A stretch of 64,000 nt of DNA, from positions 61,940,001 to 62,004,000 of the forward strand of contig NC_086097.1 of the NCBI RefSeq assembly GCF_963921235.1, in the 5' to 3' direction. Positions 39,487 through 52,608 of this stretch are shown in pieces. The translations under genes were made by a program, and so were the position numbers. Positions within the stretch are counted from its first letter, which is position 1. Every line of letters begins with the position of its first letter. The notes under the pieces were generated by a model. The model had not been told where the DNA came from and did not search any database. It was given only the letters and a program-made list of their open reading frames with translations. Source of the DNA: Mobula hypostoma. Lineage: Eukaryota.

Positions 39487-42400
39487 TCTTTCTTTTTAAA
39501 TCTTTTTATTGAATAAGTATACAAAAAGGTAAGCCATATAGACACTAATACACTGTTAGAATATAATAAAATTACAGAAGATATTAATACAAAAAATACT
39601 ACAAACAATGTAATTTAAACATAACATACCAAGGTAACATAATAGTATACTAATTTTTATATATATATCAATAGAGAAAAGGAAAAAAAAACCCCAAAAA
39701 AGCCACCGTGCAACTAACTAAAAGCAAAGCAAAGCAATGGGCTAACTTGAAACCAAACAGAGTTAAACTTAAAATCATGTCCTCAATCCCGACCTCCATT
39801 AAAAAAAGTAAAAAAAAAACAAGAAGGGTCTATATTACATTAAATAAAAATATTGAATAAAAGATCTCCAAGTCTGTTCAAATTTAAATGAGGAGTCATA
39901 AAGATTGCTTCTAATTTTCTCCAAATTCAAGCATAATATCGTCTGAGAAAACCAAAAAAAGGTAGTTGGAGCATTAAGCTCTTTCCAATGTTGTAAGATA
40001 CATCTTTTCACCATTAAAGTAAGAAATGCAATCATTCTACGGGCTGAAGGGGAAAGATTACTGGAAATTTTAGGTAGTCCAAAGATAGCAGTAATAGGGT
40101 GAGGAGAGATATCTATATTCAATACCTTGGAGATAATATTAAAAATGTCTCTCCAAAAAGTTTCCAAAGTAGGGCAAGACCAAAACATATGAGTTAAAGA
40201 GGCTATCTGCCCCGGACATCTATCACAAAAAGGATTAATATGAGAATAAAAGCGCGCTAACTTATCTTTGGACATATGTGCTCTATGAACAACTTTAAAT
40301 TGAATTAGGGAATGTTTAGCACAGATAGAGGAAGTATTGACTAATTGTAAAATCTGCCCCCAGTCATCCACAGAAATGGTAAACCCCAATTCCTGTTCCC
40401 AATCTACCCTAATCTTATCAAATGGAGCTTTCCTAAGTTTCATAATAATATTATAAATCATAGCCGATGCACCTTTCTGACATGGATTAAGGTTAATTAT
40501 AGTATCTAAAATGTATGTAGGAGGAAGCATTGGAAAGGAAGAAAGTATAGTACTTAGGAAATTTCTAACTTGTAGATATCTAAAAAAATGTATTCTTGAT
40601 AAGTTATATTTATTAGATAATTGTTCAAAAGACATAAGGGAACCATCTAAAAATAAATCCAAAAACCGTGAAATACCCTTAGTCTTCCAAATTTGAAAAG
40701 CACGATCCGTAAAAGAGGGAGGAAAAAATATGTTACCTAAAATAGGGATCGCTAACCCAAATTGATTACGATCAAAAAATTTTCTGAATTGAAACCAAAT
40801 ACGTAAGGTATATTTAACTATCGGGTTAGACACCTGTTTAAGGCGTTTCAAATCAAAAGGAAGAGAGGAACCTAAAATAGAGCCAAGTGTAAAACCCTGA
40901 ACAGATTGTAATTCCAATGCTACCCATTTAGAAATGGATAGTATATCCTGGTCAAGTAACCAGAATTTCATATGTCGAATATTAATTGCCCAATAATAAA
41001 ATCTAAAGTTAGGTAATGCTAAGCCTCCATCTCTCTTAGCTTTCTGTAAATGCATTTTACCCAGTCTCGGGTTTTTATTCTGCCAAATAAATGAAGAAAT
41101 TATAGAGTCAACTTTGTCAAAAAAAGATTTTGGAACTAAGATTGGTAATGCCTGAAATATATATAAAAATTTTGGCAAAAAAAACATCTTAACTGCATTA
41201 ATACGACCAATCAATGTTAAATATAAAGGAAACCATTTAGATGAAAGTTGAATAATATGGTCTATTAATGGTAAAAAGTTAGTCTTAAGTAAATCTTTGT
41301 ATTTACAAGTAATTTTAATCCCAAGATATGAAAAATAATTATTAATCAATTTAAATGGAAATTTATAATATAAGGGAAGTTGTTTATTAATCGGAAAGAG
41401 TTCACTCTTACTAAGATTTAATTTATAACCTGAAAAAAGACCAAATTGTGCTAATAGTTCTAAAACAGCCGGGATGGATTTTTGAGGATTAGAAATATAT
41501 AAAAGTAAATCATCAGCATAGAGTGATATTTTATGGGACTTTAAGCCCCGAGTTATCCCAGTAATATTTGGAGATTCTCGAGTGGCAATTGCAAGAGGTT
41601 CTAATGCAATATCAAGTAATAAGGGACTAAGAGGACAACCTTGTCGAGTACCTCGAAAAAGAGGGAAAAAAGGTGAATTTAAAGAGTTAGTACGGACCGA
41701 GGCCACAGGAGAATGATATAACAGTTTAATCCAGGATATAAATTTCGAGCTAAAATTAAACATTTCAAGCACCTTAAATAAATAAGGCCATTCTACTCTA
41801 TCAAAAGCTTTCTCAGCATCTAAAGAGATAACACACTCAGGAACATTTTGTGAGGGAGTATAAACGATATTTAACAGTGTGCGAATATTATAAAAAGAGT
41901 AACGACCTTTAATAAAACCCGTTTGGTCTTCCGAAATAATAGAAGGAAGTACTTTTTCTAATCTATTTGCTAATAACTTAGAAAAAGCTTTAGAATCAAC
42001 ATTTAATAAAGATATTGGTCTATAAGATGCACATTGAGCAGGATCTTTATCCTTCTTTAATATTAGAGAAATTGACACTCTATTGAAAGATTCAGGAAGT
42101 TTACCAAGTTTTAATGAAGCCTCAAAAACCCTACAGAGCCAAGGAATTAACGAAGGAGCAAAACATTTATAAAATTCTACGGTAAACCCATCAGGGCCAG
42201 GAGCTTTCCCCAAATTCATAGAGAAAATAACATTCTTAATCTCATCCATGGTAATGGAAGTATCTAACATAGAAGACATATCCTGTGAAATCTCAGGGAA
42301 GTCTAAATTATCTAAAAAATCATTCATATATTTAGAATCTCGAGGAGACTCTGATTGATATAAGGAAGAGTAAAAATCACAGAAGGTTTGATTAATCCCC

Positions 42401-45148
42401 ACATGATCAAGTATCAGTCGATCATTTTGGTTATAAATCTGATTAATTTGAGATTTAGCATAATTAGACTTCAATTGATTAGCCAACAGTTTGCCAATTT
42501 TGTCACTGTGTACATAAAATTCACTTCTTGTTTTCTTTAATTGGTTTACAATCGAGGATGAGAGTAATAAACTGTGTTCCATTTGAAGTTCAGTTCTTTG
42601 TTTATATAACTCCTCAGAAGGAGCTAAAACATATTTCTTATCAATTTCCTTAATCTTGTCCACAATTACCAACTCCTCCTGCTTCAGCTTCTTCCTCAAA
42701 GCAGCAGAATACGAGATAATCTGACCACAAATATAAGCTTTAAAAGTGTCCCAAAGAATGTTGACAGAAATATCCTCTGTATAGTTAATTGTAAAAAAAT
42801 AGATCAATCTGTTCATTCATAAAGTTAACAAAGTCCGAGTCCTGAAGCAACAGCGAATTAAAATGCCATTATCTATTATTTTGTATATTGGCCAGAATTT
42901 TAATAGAAAGCTTAAGTGGAGCATGATCCGAAAAGGTTCTAGAGTCATAATCACATTTAATCACTGAGGAAATAAGACGAGAATCAATAAAGAAATAATC
43001 AATTCTTGAATAGGAATGATGAACATGTGAAAAAAAAGAAAAATCTTTTTCCTGAGGATGCAAAAAATGCCAAATGTCCGTCGACCCAGAATCAGAAAGG
43101 AATGAATTAATCAAAGTTGCAGATTTATTAGGTAAGGTCCGTAGAGGAGCCGAACGGTCCAAAGATGGAGACAAACAGGTATTAAGATCTCCGCCCCAGA
43201 TCAATGAAAACTCATTCAAATTCGGAAACTGATTAAATAATGATTTATAAAATTCCGGACAGTCCATATTAGGAGCATAAACATTAACCAAAACTACTTT
43301 TTTATTAAATGGTAAACCACTAACCAATAGAAATCTACCATTCGGATCAGAAATAATATCATGTTGTATAAAAGTAACTGAGGAGTCTATAAAAATAGAG
43401 ATGCCTCGAATCTTAGCATTGGAGTTCGAATGAAACTGTTGTTCCTTCCAGAATTTGAAAAAACGTAATCTGTCCCCCCTCCGCACATGGGTCTCTTGTA
43501 AAAATAAAATTTGTGCTTTAAGTCTCAGGAACACTTTAAAAACCTTTTTCCTTTTAATAGGATGATTAAGACCATTAGTATTCCAGGAGACAAAATTAAT
43601 AATAGACTCCATAAACCCTAAAGTCAACCCGCAACAAGGAGGATTGACGATAGGCTCGACCCACGAACCCGGAAAGGGAACAGAACATACAAGAGATACC
43701 GGGAAGAAGAACGCAACCAATACTTCAATAATGTATATAGCCCAAGAAGAAAGAAACTAAAACGTGAAGCCCCTCCCACCACCCCTCACCCCATGACTCC
43801 AAGGCTAAATCTAACGCAGACCAGCCCAAAAGAAGCAAGCACTAAAACTACCCCCATGACTTCTGGTATACGCTCCCTAAAAAAAAGTGTAAATATAAAA
43901 AAGATCAGCTGATTATAAAACAGTAAAAGAATAAAAAAAGATAACTCAATTAAAATAAACACATAACAGAATAAAAGCCAGAAAATATAAAAAAAACTAC
44001 AATAAACCCCAGACCCATGAGTAAACAAAACAACAATAAAAAATGAGATTATTAACATAAACTAGTTATAAAAACCTACAAAACAAAATAGATTTAAAAA
44101 AAAACTACAAAATTTAAGGCCACAAAGGAAATACGTAAAATGACGATGAGGAAGTAACTACCCAGAATCCCCTGGGAAAAAGAAAGAAATGACGCAGTTA
44201 AAAAGAAAGTTTAGCAACCATATTAAGTAATCAAAAATAAACTTTTCTGCCCAAATAGGGCAAAAAAAAATTAAGACCGACAAATTCACAGCCTCCGATC
44301 AACGGAGATAGTTAAAATATTACGATTAAGATATTGAAGGTGAAAATTGATCCAGATAGCTCTGGGCATCCGATGGAGATTCAAAAAAATGGAGGGCTCC
44401 ATCCAGCGTACGAATCCTTAAACGTGCAGGGTAAAGCAGCGCTGGTTTTAAATCCATCTTGTAGAGTTCCGACATCACAGATCTGTAACGAACCCGTTGG
44501 TCCCGGATTGGTTTACTGAAATCCTCCACAAATCGGAACTTAAGATCCAAAAAATCAATGAAACCTTTAGATCGAACGAATCGAAACAGTTTCTCCTTGT
44601 CTTGAAAGTAATGAAAACGTAAAATGACATGTCTAGGTTTATCTGACCTAGGCGAGTATGATGGAACTCTGTGAACACGATCCAATAACGGTGGTTGGTC
44701 AGGAAATACAGTAGGAAATGCATCTTTTAAAAGTTGAGAAAAATACTTCATAGGGTTATCGGATTCAACAGCTTCACGCACCCCAATGATTCGAAGATTC
44801 TGCCGTCGCATTCTAGATTCTAAGTCAGAGTTTTTAAAGGTCAGAAAGTCGAGTTTCTTCTTCATTACATTAATTGTTTCTTCGATTTTCTCCATCTTGA
44901 GCTCACTTTGTTGAGTGGATTTTTGAAGATCAGATGTAGCCGACTGATGTTCCGTAATAGATATCTGTATCTTCTCGATTGAATCGGCAACTTTCTGGAA
45001 ACTAGTTGAAATTTCCGCACGAATCAGCTCCGTAACAGAGGTTGAAATTTCCCTTTGAATTAGCTCCGATATAGCTTTCAAAGTCACCGGTGGTTCAGTC
45101 GGAGGGAAATCAGTACCTTTCGGTCTAACCGGAGGTTTGCCATCCTTA
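39487..45148 (-). mobile_element. LINE-1 element lacking its 5'UTR, 12-bp TSD
   Basis: ORF1, spacer, ORF2, AATAAA and A-rich tail; ggcttttttctt at 39475-39486 and 45149-45160. Confidence 0.95.
39835..43612 (-). pseudogene. L1 ORF2 (APE endonuclease, RT, Cys-rich domain) with one stop and one frameshift near 42800-42870
   Basis: SWNTNGLN, LQETH, GGDLN, SDH; GTRQGCPLSPLL, LYADD; CDRC..LTHMFWSC. Confidence 0.93.
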
Positions 45149-45204
45149 GGCTTTTTTCTTAAAGACGTGCTGGGTGCATTCCAGCCACCGTTGCACCCCT
45201 GCAT
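44326..45204 (-). CDS. L1 ORF1p (coiled coil, RRM, CTD); open frame whose ATG and first residues come from the flanking MITE
   Basis: DLESRMRRQNLRIIGV, DRVHR, PRHVILRFH, LLYPARLRI. Confidence 0.85.
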   Translation of the reverse strand: MQGCNGGWNAPSTSLRKKPKDGKPPVRPKGTDFPPTEPPVTLKAISELIQREISTSVTELIRAEISTSFQKVADSIEKIQISITEHQSATSDLQKSTQQSELKMEKIEETINVMKKKLDFLTFKNSDLESRMRRQNLRIIGVREAVESDNPMKYFSQLLKDAFPTVFPDQPPLLDRVHRVPSYSPRSDKPRHVILRFHYFQDKEKLFRFVRSKGFIDFLDLKFRFVEDFSKPIRDQRVRYRSVMSELYKMDLKPALLYPARLRIRTLDGALHFFESPSDAQSYLDQFSPSIS

Positions 45205-46494
45205 GCTTCACGGCAATGTATCGGTCCACGGCCCGGAGGTTGGGGACCACTGTCTTAGACTCTCCAACCATACGAACCATCCTCTCCACAATTAAGGCCT
45301 TTCAGCATTTAATAGGTTTCAATGAGGTAATTCCTTATTCTTCTGAATTCCAGTGAATACAGGCCCAGAGCATCCAATACTTTTCACATGACAAGCCATT
45401 CAATAATGGAATCATTTTTGTGAATCTCTTTTGAACCGTCTCGAGCTTCATCACATCCATCTATGATAAGGAGCCCAAAACTGCTCATAATACTTCAAGT
45501 GAGGCCTCAGCAGTGCTTTATAAAGTGTCAACATTACATCCTTGCTTTTATATTCTAGTCCTCTTGAAATGAATGCTAACATTGCATTTGCCTTCCTCAC
45601 CATATACTCAACCTGGAAGTTAACCTTTAGGGAATGCTGCACAATAACTCCCAAGTCCCTTTGCACCACAGTATTTTTTGGATTCTTTCTCCATTTAGAA
45701 AATTGACCACCCTTTCATTTCTACTACCGAAGTGCGTGACCATACAATTTCCAAGACTGTATTCCATCTGCCACTTCTTTGCCCATTCTCCTAATCTGTT
45801 TAAGTCCTTCTGTATTCTCTCTACTTCCTAAAATCTACCTGCCCCTCCACATATCTCCATATCATCTGCAAACTTTGCAACAAAGCCATTAATTTCATCA
45901 TCCAAATCATTGACATATAATGTAAAAGGAACCGGTCCCAATTCAGACTATGTGGAACACCACTAGTCACCAGCAGCCAACCAGAAAAGGCTCCCTTTAT
46001 TCCTACTCTTTGCCTCCTGCCAATCAGCCACTGCTTTATCCATGCTAGAATCTGTCCTGTAATTCCCTGGGCTTGTAGCTTGTTAAACACTGTCATGTGT
46101 CGCTCCTCATCAAAGGCCTTCTGAAAATCCAAGTACACAACATCAACTAATTCTCTTTTGTCTGTCCTGCTTGTTATTTCTTCAAAGAATTCCAACAGAT
46201 TTGTCAGGCAAGATTTTCCCTTGAGGAAACCATGCTGACTATGGCCTATTTTATCACGTGCCTCCAAACACCCTGCGACTTCATCTTTAATAATCAACCC
46301 CAACATCTTCCCAACCCCTGACATCTGATGTATTCCAACAATTTATTTTTTTTCTTCATCCAATTATTTGAGACACATATGTTGATCCCACATTCCTCTT
46401 TTTATAAAAGCATTTTAGATGCAGCTAGTTACAAATAATCACGATCTTCTGAGTGAAAACCTTACCTCTTGAATCTTCTTTAAATTTGAGTGAT

Positions 46495-47790
46495 AGAGTC
46501 ATAGAGAAGTATGGTAGAGAAATGAAACAGGTCCTGTGGCCCAGCTAGTCCATGCAGGAACCATTTAAATAGCCCCACTGCCTTGCAGGCACCTTCAGGA
46601 GAGACAAAGGTGATGAGCATAAACTCTGGCAGCAAATCAGGAGTGGAGCCCCTAAGGCATTTGAACATCATTGAACATCCTTCCGGCAGCTCCTGCAGCC
46701 AAGCTGGTGCCATACATATTGCTGCAGAGGCTTTCCTTTGGACTGTACTAGTGAGGCCGAGAGGGGGATCTTGATGACAGACATCTCAGGATCTACGTAC
46801 CATCCGCCCAGGCTAATCATCACCCATTGTCGTTTGAGACACCTGGAATCCTAAGCTATTCAATTTTCCCCTCAGACCCAGCAGCATCTTTGTAGATTTT
46901 CTCTGCACGCTTTCAACCTTGTTTACATCTTCCCTGAAAGTAGGTGACCAAAACTGCACATAATACTCCAAATTGGGCCTCACCAACATCTTGTACAACT
47001 TCAACATAACATCCCATCTCCTATACGAAGCTTTCTACCTGTGACACCACTTTCAATGAATTATGTACCTGTATTCCCAGATGCTTTTATTCTATCACAC
47101 ACCTCAGTGAACTACCATTCACTGTGTAAGACCTCCCCTGGTTGGTCCTACTGAAGTGCAAAACCTCGAACTTGTTTGCATTAAATTCCATTTGCCATTT
47201 TTCAGCCCATTTTTTCCAGCTGATGCAAATCCCGCTGCAAGCCATGATAGCCTTCCTCATAGTCCACTGCACCCCCAGGCTTGGTGTTATCTGCAAATTT
47301 TCTGATCTAGTTAACCACATTGTCATCCAACTCATTGATACAGGTGACAAGCAACAACTGACCCAGCACCGATCCCTGCGGCACAACACTAGTCACGGAT
47401 CACCAGTCAGAGAGGCAACCCTCTGCCACCAGTCTCTGGCTTCTCCCACAAGCCAATGTCTAATCCAATTTACTACCTCATTTTGAATGCAAACCAACTG
47501 AACCTTCTTGTCCAATCTCCCATGTAGGACCTTGTCAAATGCCTTACTAAAGTCCATGTTGACATCTGCCTTGCCTTCATCCACTTTCTCCTTTATCACT
47601 TTAAAACTGTGACCTCTAGTTCTAAACACCTAATACATAGGGGGTAAATAACAAGATTCTCACCGTATATCTTAACTATGCCCCCCATAATTTTGTAAAC
47701 CTCTGTCAGGTCACCCACAGCCTCAAAAGTCCTGTGAGAATAAATTCAGCCTTTTCACCTAAATATACTTCAGGCAGCATCTTAGTGAAT
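46495..47790 (-). mobile_element. Decayed CR1 fragments with an unrelated insert at about 46580-46845
   Basis: ORFs 46813-47007, 47087-47389 and 47393-47629 carry CR1 RT motifs. Confidence 0.75.
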
Positions 47791-49023
47791 CTTTTCTGCT
47801 GTCTATGATCTATGTTCCTTTGCACTGTTGGATTAATACTATGCCTCTTATAGTACAGCAGCTCTCATTGGCTAACTGTCATGTTAAGTAATAACATAAC
47901 AATGTCCTCACTGTGTCCTTGTGGGTGCATAGTTGGAGCAATGGGCAAACCATCAAAACTGTGAGGTTTTCATCCAATTAACTAATACAGTGCATGTGCT
48001 AAAATGCATTGTGCTCTAATATTAATCAAGGGTATGCTATATGCCTGAAGGAGCTGATATACAATTTTGTGATGCACAGTCATGCTTGGTACAGGCAGCT
48101 CTCTGACTAAGGAGACAATCCAGCTGAGAACATGATTCTTAATGGCAGTGTGTGACAATTAAATGCGTGAGATGATTTTTTTTCCTTCTACGATCAAATG
48201 GCTGGTCAAAACATTGTGGAGTAATAGGTAGAGGATAAGTGCAGTGTATTTAATAATTCAGTAATATTTGAATAATGATGTAAACATGTTGTTTGATTAA
48301 GCTTTGTTTATATAATACATTATGGGTTATTTTTAAGTAGTACATGAATGGCATATGTCATTATGCATCCACGTCATATGTGAGCATTTCACTAAAGAAA
48401 AAAGTAAAGAAAAACTAAGTAGACAAATATCCCTGCTCTTGTGTTTTTCTTCTGGGTAGTTTCTGGAATTTCAAAACATAACAATAAGCTCAGCAAGAAC
48501 TCCCAGATTCTCAGCTGCAGCAGCACAGTATTCTGTTCAGTGCTGTCATTTAATATCAGAGAATGTGTACAGCATACAACCTGAAACTCGTGCTCTTCAC
48601 AGACATCCATGAAACAGAAGCAAAAACTCGAAGAATGAATGACAGACAAATATTAAAACCACAAAGCCCTCCCACCCTCTCCCGCCCACAAGCAGCAGCA
48701 AGGCAACAACCCTCTTCCATCTGCCCCCTCCCACTTGTTCCAGTGCCCACCACCCGCCAAGCCTCTAAAGGGAGAGGAATACGACTGTTAACCTAACAGT
48801 CTGGCATGCTACAGGCTTTCTCTCTCACTAACAAGGGAGGGAGAGGTGTCACCCCTTCTATAGCAAGACAGGAGATGAACAGATCACTGTTTCAATATTA
48901 CATTCTGAAGTGATGCTTATTCAAGCTCACCAGGGTGAAGCACCCCCACAGCATAAGGCAGCAACCACCACACTTCACGGTAGGATGGTGTGTTTGGCGT
49001 ACACCTAACATAGTGTTTAGTCT

Positions 49024-49213
49024 ACAGCTCTTGGCTCCATCCCTCCCCCTCCTGTCTTCTTCTATCATTTTGGATCTCCCCTCCCCCTCCAACTTTCAAA
49101 TCTCTTACTCACTCTTCCCTCAGTTAGTCCTGACGAAGTGTTTCAGCCTGAAACGTCGACTGCACCTCTTCCTAGAGATGCTGCCTGGCCTGCTGCGTTC
49201 ACCAGCAACTTTG
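49024..49213 (+). mobile_element. Penelope terminal fragment with hammerhead motif (49126-49161), 14-bp TSD
   Basis: atagtgYttagtct at 49010-49023 and 49214-49227; agtc-ctgacga...gaaacgtc-gact. Confidence 0.88.
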
Positions 49214-49739
49214 ATAGTGCTTAGTCTGATGGCCAAAAAGCTCAATTCTGGCTTCATCAGAGCATAAAACCTTCTTCCAGCTGACTTCAGAGTCTCCCAC
49301 ATGCCTTCTGGCAAACTCTAGCTGAGGATCATCATTTTTGTTGTATGCACAGTCTTGCCCATCTCAGCCACTGAAGCTTCTAACTCCTCCAGAGTTGTCA
49401 TAGGTCTCTTGGTGGGCTCCCTCACTCGTCCCCTTCTTGCACGGTCACTCAGTTTTTGAGGATAGCCTGCTCTAGGCAGATTTACAACTGTGCCATATTC
49501 TTTCCATTTCTTGATGATCAACTTAACTGTTCTCCAAGGGATATACAGTGACATGGAAATATTCTTGTATCCATCTCCTAACTTGTCCTTTTCAATATCC
49601 TTTTTGCAGAGTTGCTTGGAGTGTTCTTTTGTCTTCTAGTGTAGTTTCTGTCAGGATATTGACTCACCAGCAGTTGGAACTTCCAGATACAGGTATATTT
49701 TCACCACAATCAATTGAAACTCCTTGACTGTACGCAGGT

Positions 49740-50013
49740 CTGTCTGTCTGTCTGTATCTTGTTTTACGGCGGTTGGCATCCAGCTTAATGGTGCATTACC
49801 GCCACCCTCTGTTCCAGAATGTGCACTAGACATACATTCTAAATCCCTTCACCCAATCTCACACACACACACACACACACACACAAACCTACACTTCACC
49901 CTCCCATCTTTGACCATCCTAGTATCCTATTCCTGTTTATTCGTCATATTCTATAAAAAACCCCTGTACCCCTTAAAAATGCTAAAAATACCCGGACTTG
50001 TGCTCTCTCACCC
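49740..50013 (-). mobile_element. Nimb/I-group-like LINE 3' end with (CAGA)n tail, 13-bp TSD
   Basis: Ends FLAFLRGTGVFYRI*; 3' motif tggcggtaatgcacc...ggatgccaaccgcc; actgtacgcaggt at 49727-49739 and 50014-50026. Confidence 0.7.
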
Positions 50014-50687
50014 ACTGTACGCAGGTGATCTCCATTTAACTAATTATATGGGTTCTAAAACCAATGGGCTGCACCAATGATGATTTATATTTGTAATTAT
50101 TTTAGATCACTGTCGAGATTTGTTTTCACTTTAACATGAAAGAGACTTCCTGCTTTTCAGTGTCAGAAAAGCCAAATTAAATCCACTGTAATTCAATGTT
50201 GTAAAACAATAAAACATGAAAATGTTCAGGGGGGAAGGGGGGTAAATACTTTTTATAGGCACTGTATATACTCACTGTAATTTGCTTATTTATTTTTTTC
50301 TATATTGATCATGTATCGCATTGTACTGTTGCCACTAGTAACAAATTTCACAACATATGCCAGTGATATTAAAGCTGATTTTGATTCAATCCCAAATGAA
50401 TGACAGAAACATTGGAACCGCAAAGCCCCTTTCCCCACCCACACTCAAAACAGCAGCAGAAACATCACCTTTCCCCTTTCCCCAACCCCTCACATTCACC
50501 AGCATACCCACCATGTAAGCAAGAGCAAAACCCCCAAAGAGACTTTAAACTAGAATCCATCAAAAACTACAATCCATAACCCAGCACCTCACTCTCTCAG
50601 ATAGGCTCTCTCTCATCAGCAAGGAAGAGAGATCGGTCTTGCAACAACAAGAGCAGGAGACCATCAGCTCACTTTTCCGATGTTACA

Positions 50688-51346
50688 ACATTCCACAGCA
50701 CTCTGTGTGTAAAACTTACCCCTGACATCCCCCTTGTACCTTGCACCTTAAAAATAGAGCCCCTCATGTTAGCCATTTCAACCCTGGGAAAAAGCCTCTG
50801 GCTATCCACATGGTCAATGTCTCTCAGCATCTTATACAACTCTATCAGGTCACCTTTCATCCTCTGTCGCTCCAAGGAGAAAACGTCAAGTTCACTCAGC
50901 CTATTCTCATAAGTTACACTCTCCAATCTAGGCAACATCTTTGTAAATCTCCTCTGCACTCTATAGTATCCACATCCTTCCTGTAGTGAGGTGACCAGAG
51001 CTGAGCACAGTATTCCAAATGGGGTTTGACCAAGGTCTTGTATAGCTGTAACATTACCTCATGGCTCTTGAACTCAATCCCACAGTTAATGAATGCCAAC
51101 ACACCATACGCCTTCTTAACAACACTGTCTACCTGCACAATAGCTTTGAGTGTCCTATGGACATGGATCCCAACATCTCTCAAATCCTCCACACTGCCAA
51201 GAGTCTTACCATTATATATTATATTCTGTCTTCAAATTAAACCTACCAGAATGAACCACTTCACACTTATGGATCGAAGTCCATCTGCCACTTCTCAGCC
51301 CAGTTCTGCATCCTATCCATGTCCCACTGTAAACTCTGACAACCCT
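50688..51346 (-). mobile_element. Decayed CR1 RT C-terminal fragment
   Basis: ORFs 50669-50959 and 50914-51192. Confidence 0.85.
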
Positions 51347-52608
51347 TAACCTTGGATGTTAAGCTCCCAACTATGCTTTTCTTTCAGCCATGGCTCAGTG
51401 ATGCCCACAGCAGCGTTGAAAAATAGTCAGTGACCTGAGCAGAAGAATGTGTTTTTCACATCCTCTAACACTGTTCTTCAGCTCAATCTTCTTCTCTGCA
51501 TAGTACTACACCTTCCAAAATTAGACTTTTTATTCATTTTAACAGCACAAGGGTTACTAACAAAGCAATATTCATCGCCTAATTCTTACTGCTCTAGAAG
51601 GGAATTGTTTATTCAGCTATTTCAGGGGACAGTTAAGTGTTAAACACATTGCTATGCATGTCAAGCCACAAGTAGAACAGACCATGCCAAAATAATGCAT
51701 TTTCTTCTCTACTGGATTTCAGTAACCAGATGGGTTTTTACAATAATAATGTCTATTATCCTGATCCCAGTGTTTTAATTTTAGATTTATTTAATTTACT
51801 GAAATTATACTCTCCAGCTGTGATGATGGGATTTTACTAGCTCATTAGCTCAAGCCTTCTGGATCACAAGGCCAAGAAACATAACAGGTTTGCTTCAGTA
51901 TCTTCTCCAATAGCACTTTCAATTATTCCCTCCTTTACTTCCCTTAAATCCCTGGATGATAGTACTGAACATTGAAAAGACAGGTACATGGAGAGTAAAA
52001 GTTTAGAGATATATGGACTTACAGGTCTACCTTAGGTGTGTATCTTGTCCAGCAGGGCCTGCTTCCATATCATATGATTCTTTGTCTTTTTAGCGTGTCA
52101 TGCATCAGACCCAATTACTATCCTGAGCCTTCTTGGAAACCCCTACCATCTCTTTATGTTATCAACACACTAAGGAGAGCTCCCTTATAAAGTTTTAATA
52201 GAGTAGATACTGAAATGCTCACATTGCTCTTGCAAGAGAAGTAGCACTAAAAATTATCAATAAACACATGCAACTCTTACTTACATAGCAGAAATATTAT
52301 GCCCTTTTCTTTCAGATTTATTAAAACATCCTATTTCTTAGCAACTTTTGAAAGAAAAAGTTCTCATTTATATTATACATCTACAGCATATTCAGTTGAA
52401 ATTAAGTTTGAATGTTATGATTTGTGAAGCGTGTAATGGCTGTTTGGAATTCAGTGTAAAAGTTGGAACTTCCAAAAGTCTGTGTCTTTCATTGAAAACA
52501 CTGCAAACCAGCAGGTGACTGGGTGAAGCCATCAGACCAAGCAGACAGATTCAAGTAAATGACAGAATGAGAGGATGATATTGGACATAAAGTACTGTGA
52601 TACCTTAC

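Larger units (their letters stand above)
39408..45252. mobile_element. Half hAT MITE (39408-39486 and 45149-45252) split by L1
   Basis: Both pieces align to 60238-60383; ends gttggggaccactg; 8-bp duplication. Confidence 0.85.
39098..46322 (-). mobile_element. Older CR1 (39098-39407 and 45253-46322) split by a hAT MITE and an L1
   Basis: ataagatc tail; ORFs 45451-45669 and 45821-46324; tcttagac duplicated at 39400-39407 and 45253-45260. Confidence 0.8.
48930..50264 (-). mobile_element. Tc1-family transposon remnant (one TIR end and partial transposase) carrying two insertions
   Basis: IIKKWKEYGTVVNLPRAG..KLSDRARR; TVKCGGCCLMLWGCF; minus strand begins TA|cagtgcctataaaaagtatt. Confidence 0.88.

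Noticed and set aside
48215..48483. Possible solo LTR (TG...CA)
   Set aside because: No TSD or second copy in the window
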